Of a stretch of 64,000 nt of DNA, positions 61,516 to 64,000 are shown in pieces. The position numbers and the translations under genes were made by a program. Origin of the DNA: an uncultured Puniceicoccaceae bacterium. Its GTDB lineage: Bacteria; Verrucomicrobiota; Verrucomicrobiia; Opitutales; Oceanipulchritudinaceae. Numbering within the stretch: the stretch's first letter is position 1; every line of letters begins with the position of its first letter. The stretch spans positions 256,001-320,000 of the forward strand of contig CAWVVV010000002.1 of the NCBI GenBank assembly GCA_963933835.1, written 5' to 3'. The notes under the pieces were generated by a model that was not told the origin of the DNA, did not search any database, and saw only the letters and a list, made by a program, of their open reading frames with translations.

Positions 61516-63462
61516 ATGAAACTCGATTCCAATATTCCGGAAGGTCCGATAGAGAAGAAGTGGACGAACGCTAAATTTAACTACAAACTCGTGAACCCGG
61601 CGAACAAGCGGAAGTACTCCGTCATCGTTGTCGGGTCAGGGCTCGCTGGTGGCGCTGCTGCCGCGACGATGGGTGAGTTGGGCTACAACGTGAAGTGCTT
61701 CTGCTATCAGGATAGCCCGCGCCGCGCCCACTCGATCGCTGCCCAAGGTGGCATCAACGCCGCCAAGAACTACCAAAACGACGGCGACAGTGTCTTCCGT
61801 CTGTTCTACGACACGGTCAAAGGGGGCGACTACCGCGCCCGCGAAGCCAACGTCTACCGCCTCGCCGAAGTCTCCGCTTCGATCATCGACCAGTGTGTCG
61901 CTTCCGGGGTGCCATTTGCTCGTGAATACGGCGGCATGCTCGCGAATCGCTCCTTCGGTGGTGCGCAGGTGAGCCGAACTTTTTACGCCCGTGGCCAAAC
62001 CGGGCAGCAGCTTCTCCTCGGTGCTTACTCTAGCCTTAGTCGCCAGATCGGCCTCGGCATGGTTAAGATGTATAACCGCCACGAAATGCTCGACGTCGTT
62101 CTCGTCGATGGCGTGGCCAAGGGCATCATCACCCGTAACCTCGTCAACGGTGAGATCGAACGCTGGGGTGCAGACGCGGTTGTCCTCGCGACCGGTGGTT
62201 ACAGCACCGTCTTTTTCCTCTCCACCTGTGCGGCAGGTTGTAACGTCACTGCCGCGTGGCGCGCCCACAAGCGCGGCGCTGGCATTGCCAACCCTTGCTA
62301 CACCCAGATCCACCCAACCTGTTTACCACAGGAAGGTGAGCATCAGTCGAAGCTCACCCTCATGTCGGAATCGCTGCGAAACGATGGCCGTGTCTGGGTG
62401 CCGAAAACGAAAGAGATCGCCGCCCAACTCCGGACCCGCGAGATCAAGCCATCCGACGTCGCTGAAGACGATCGCGACTACTACCTCGAGCGCAAATACC
62501 CGAGCTTCGGTAACCTTGCCCCGCGTGACATCTCTTCCCGCGCTGCGAAAGAAGCCTGTGACGATGGTCGCGGCATCGCACCGACCGGCTTTGGCGTGTA
62601 TTTGGATTTCAAGGACGCCATCGAGCGCCTCGGTAAAGACTTGATCGCGGAGCGCTACGGCAATCTCTTCGACATGTATGAGAACATCGCCGGCTACAAC
62701 GCTTACGAGCAGCCGATGATGATCTACCCGGCACCGCACTATACGATGGGTGGCCTCTGGGTGGACTACAATCTACAGACCACCATCCCAGGCCTCTTCG
62801 CTGGCGGTGAGTGTAACTTCTCTGACCACGGTGCGAATCGCCTTGGAGCTTCCGCCCTCATGCAGGGCTTGGCCGATGGCTACTTCGTTCTCCCGTCGGT
62901 CGTCGGTAATTACTTCGGCGAAAACGTTCCGGTCGGCAAAGTAGGGAAATTTGATGTTAATTCCGAGCCGTTCCTCGAAGCGGAGCGAAATGTTAAGGAG
63001 CGGATCGAAAAGATGATGTCGATGAACGGCTCATCGAGCCCGCGTTCAATCCACATCGCACTGGGCAAGATCCTGCTCGATAAGTGTGGCATGGCGCGCA
63101 GCAAGGAAGGGCTCACTGAGGCGATTGAGCAGATCCAAGCCCTTCGCGAGAGATTCTGGACGGATCTTTGCATTCCGGGAGACTCGGCAGATCTCAATCT
63201 CGAGCTCGAGCGCGCCGGTCGCGTTTCTGACCACCTCGAGTTTGCCGAGCTCATGTGTTTCGACGCACGTGATCGCGAAGAGTCTTGCGGTGGTCACTTC
63301 CGAGTCGAACACCAGACTTCGGAAGGTGAGGCCGAGCGTAACGACGCCGAATTTAGTCACGCCAGTGTTTGGGAATTCACCGATGTTGGTAGAGAGCCGA
63401 TCAAACACAAAGAAGAGCTTACCTTTGATAATGTGAAGCTCGGTATCCGTTCCTACAAATAG
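61516..63462 (+). CDS. sdhA: Succinate dehydrogenase/fumarate reductase flavoprotein
   Basis: [41 protein letters not shown]. Confidence 0.97.
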   Translation: MKLDSNIPEGPIEKKWTNAKFNYKLVNPANKRKYSVIVVGSGLAGGAAAATMGELGYNVKCFCYQDSPRRAHSIAAQGGINAAKNYQNDGDSVFRLFYDTVKGGDYRAREANVYRLAEVSASIIDQCVASGVPFAREYGGMLANRSFGGAQVSRTFYARGQTGQQLLLGAYSSLSRQIGLGMVKMYNRHEMLDVVLVDGVAKGIITRNLVNGEIERWGADAVVLATGGYSTVFFLSTCAAGCNVTAAWRAHKRGAGIANPCYTQIHPTCLPQEGEHQSKLTLMSESLRNDGRVWVPKTKEIAAQLRTREIKPSDVAEDDRDYYLERKYPSFGNLAPRDISSRAAKEACDDGRGIAPTGFGVYLDFKDAIERLGKDLIAERYGNLFDMYENIAGYNAYEQPMMIYPAPHYTMGGLWVDYNLQTTIPGLFAGGECNFSDHGANRLGASALMQGLADGYFVLPSVVGNYFGENVPVGKVGKFDVNSEPFLEAERNVKERIEKMMSMNGSSSPRSIHIALGKILLDKCGMARSKEGLTEAIEQIQALRERFWTDLCIPGDSADLNLELERAGRVSDHLEFAELMCFDARDREESCGGHFRVEHQTSEGEAERNDAEFSHASVWEFTDVGREPIKHKEELTFDNVKLGIRSYK

Positions 63463-63488
63463 TATCAACTTTCAACTACATCATAGCT

Positions 63489-64000
63489 ATGCCTGAAAAG
63501 ACCATCAGTGTTAAACTCAAAGTATGGCGCCAAAAAGGCACCGGCACGTCGGGCAATTTTGTCGACTATGAAATGAATGACGTTTCGACGTCATCGTCAT
63601 TTCTGGAGATGCTCGATCTCTTGAACGAAGATCTGATCGGCAAGAAAGTAGAGCCGGTGGCCTTTGACCATGACTGCCGCGAAGGTATCTGCGGGACGTG
63701 TTCGATGAACATCAATGGCGTGCCGCACGGTAAGGGCAACTTGCAGACGACCTGCCAGCTTCACATGCGCAGTTTTAAGGATGGCGATAGCATTGTCGTC
63801 GAGCCTTTCCGGGCGAAGCCGTTTCCCATCCTCAAAGACTTGGTCGTCGATCGCAGTCCGTTCGATCGAATCATCCAAAATGGTGGCTTTATCGAGCAGC
63901 GTGTCGGCAGTGCGGAAGACGCCAACGCCGTGCCGATCAGTAAGACAATCGCAGACAAGGCGATGGATGCAGCGGCTTGCATCGGCTGTGGCGCCTGTGT
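63489..64000 (+). CDS. sdhB: Succinate dehydrogenase/fumarate reductase Fe-S subunit (runs off the window)
   Basis: [46 protein letters not shown]. Confidence 0.96.
   Translation, partial: MPEKTISVKLKVWRQKGTGTSGNFVDYEMNDVSTSSSFLEMLDLLNEDLIGKKVEPVAFDHDCREGICGTCSMNINGVPHGKGNLQTTCQLHMRSFKDGDSIVVEPFRAKPFPILKDLVVDRSPFDRIIQNGGFIEQRVGSAEDANAVPISKTIADKAMDAAACIGCGAC

Overview
A gene-dense, moderately GC-rich bacterial chromosome segment, almost certainly Verrucomicrobiota (Opitutales-like). Evidence for this is the PVC signature small basic protein at 43341-43499, an Opitutae-style pilin and the sdhCAB type. Most content is housekeeping: glgP, mutL, tyrA-aroA-cmk, xseA, hrpB, hsp20, fabA-fabB, tRNA-Gln, rpmH-rnpA-yidD-yidC-yebC, znuACB, RNA methyltransferases, gdh, rodA-rne/rng-rny and sdhCAB. 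No CRISPR array, rRNA, transposase or integrase was seen. Many genes carry single-base frameshifts or abrupt junctions, consistent with an error-prone (long-read or MAG) assembly. The most interesting candidate systems are: (1) a DinB - NRDE/TANGO2 - [alpha/beta-hydrolase + DedA + ATP-grasp] operon suggesting an uncharacterised lipid-amidation/flipping pathway; (2) a divergent locus with two secreted beta/gamma-crystallin proteins, 11-bp-phased direct repeats, and a small secreted protein coupled to a bitopic putative sensor; (3) a Thr/Ser-rich pilin next to a GT-C / methyltransferase / methyltransferase-GT2 operon (putative pilin glycosylation); (4) a solitary attC-like site with decayed cassette-like genes. 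All calls are from motif recognition by eye; no database searches were run.
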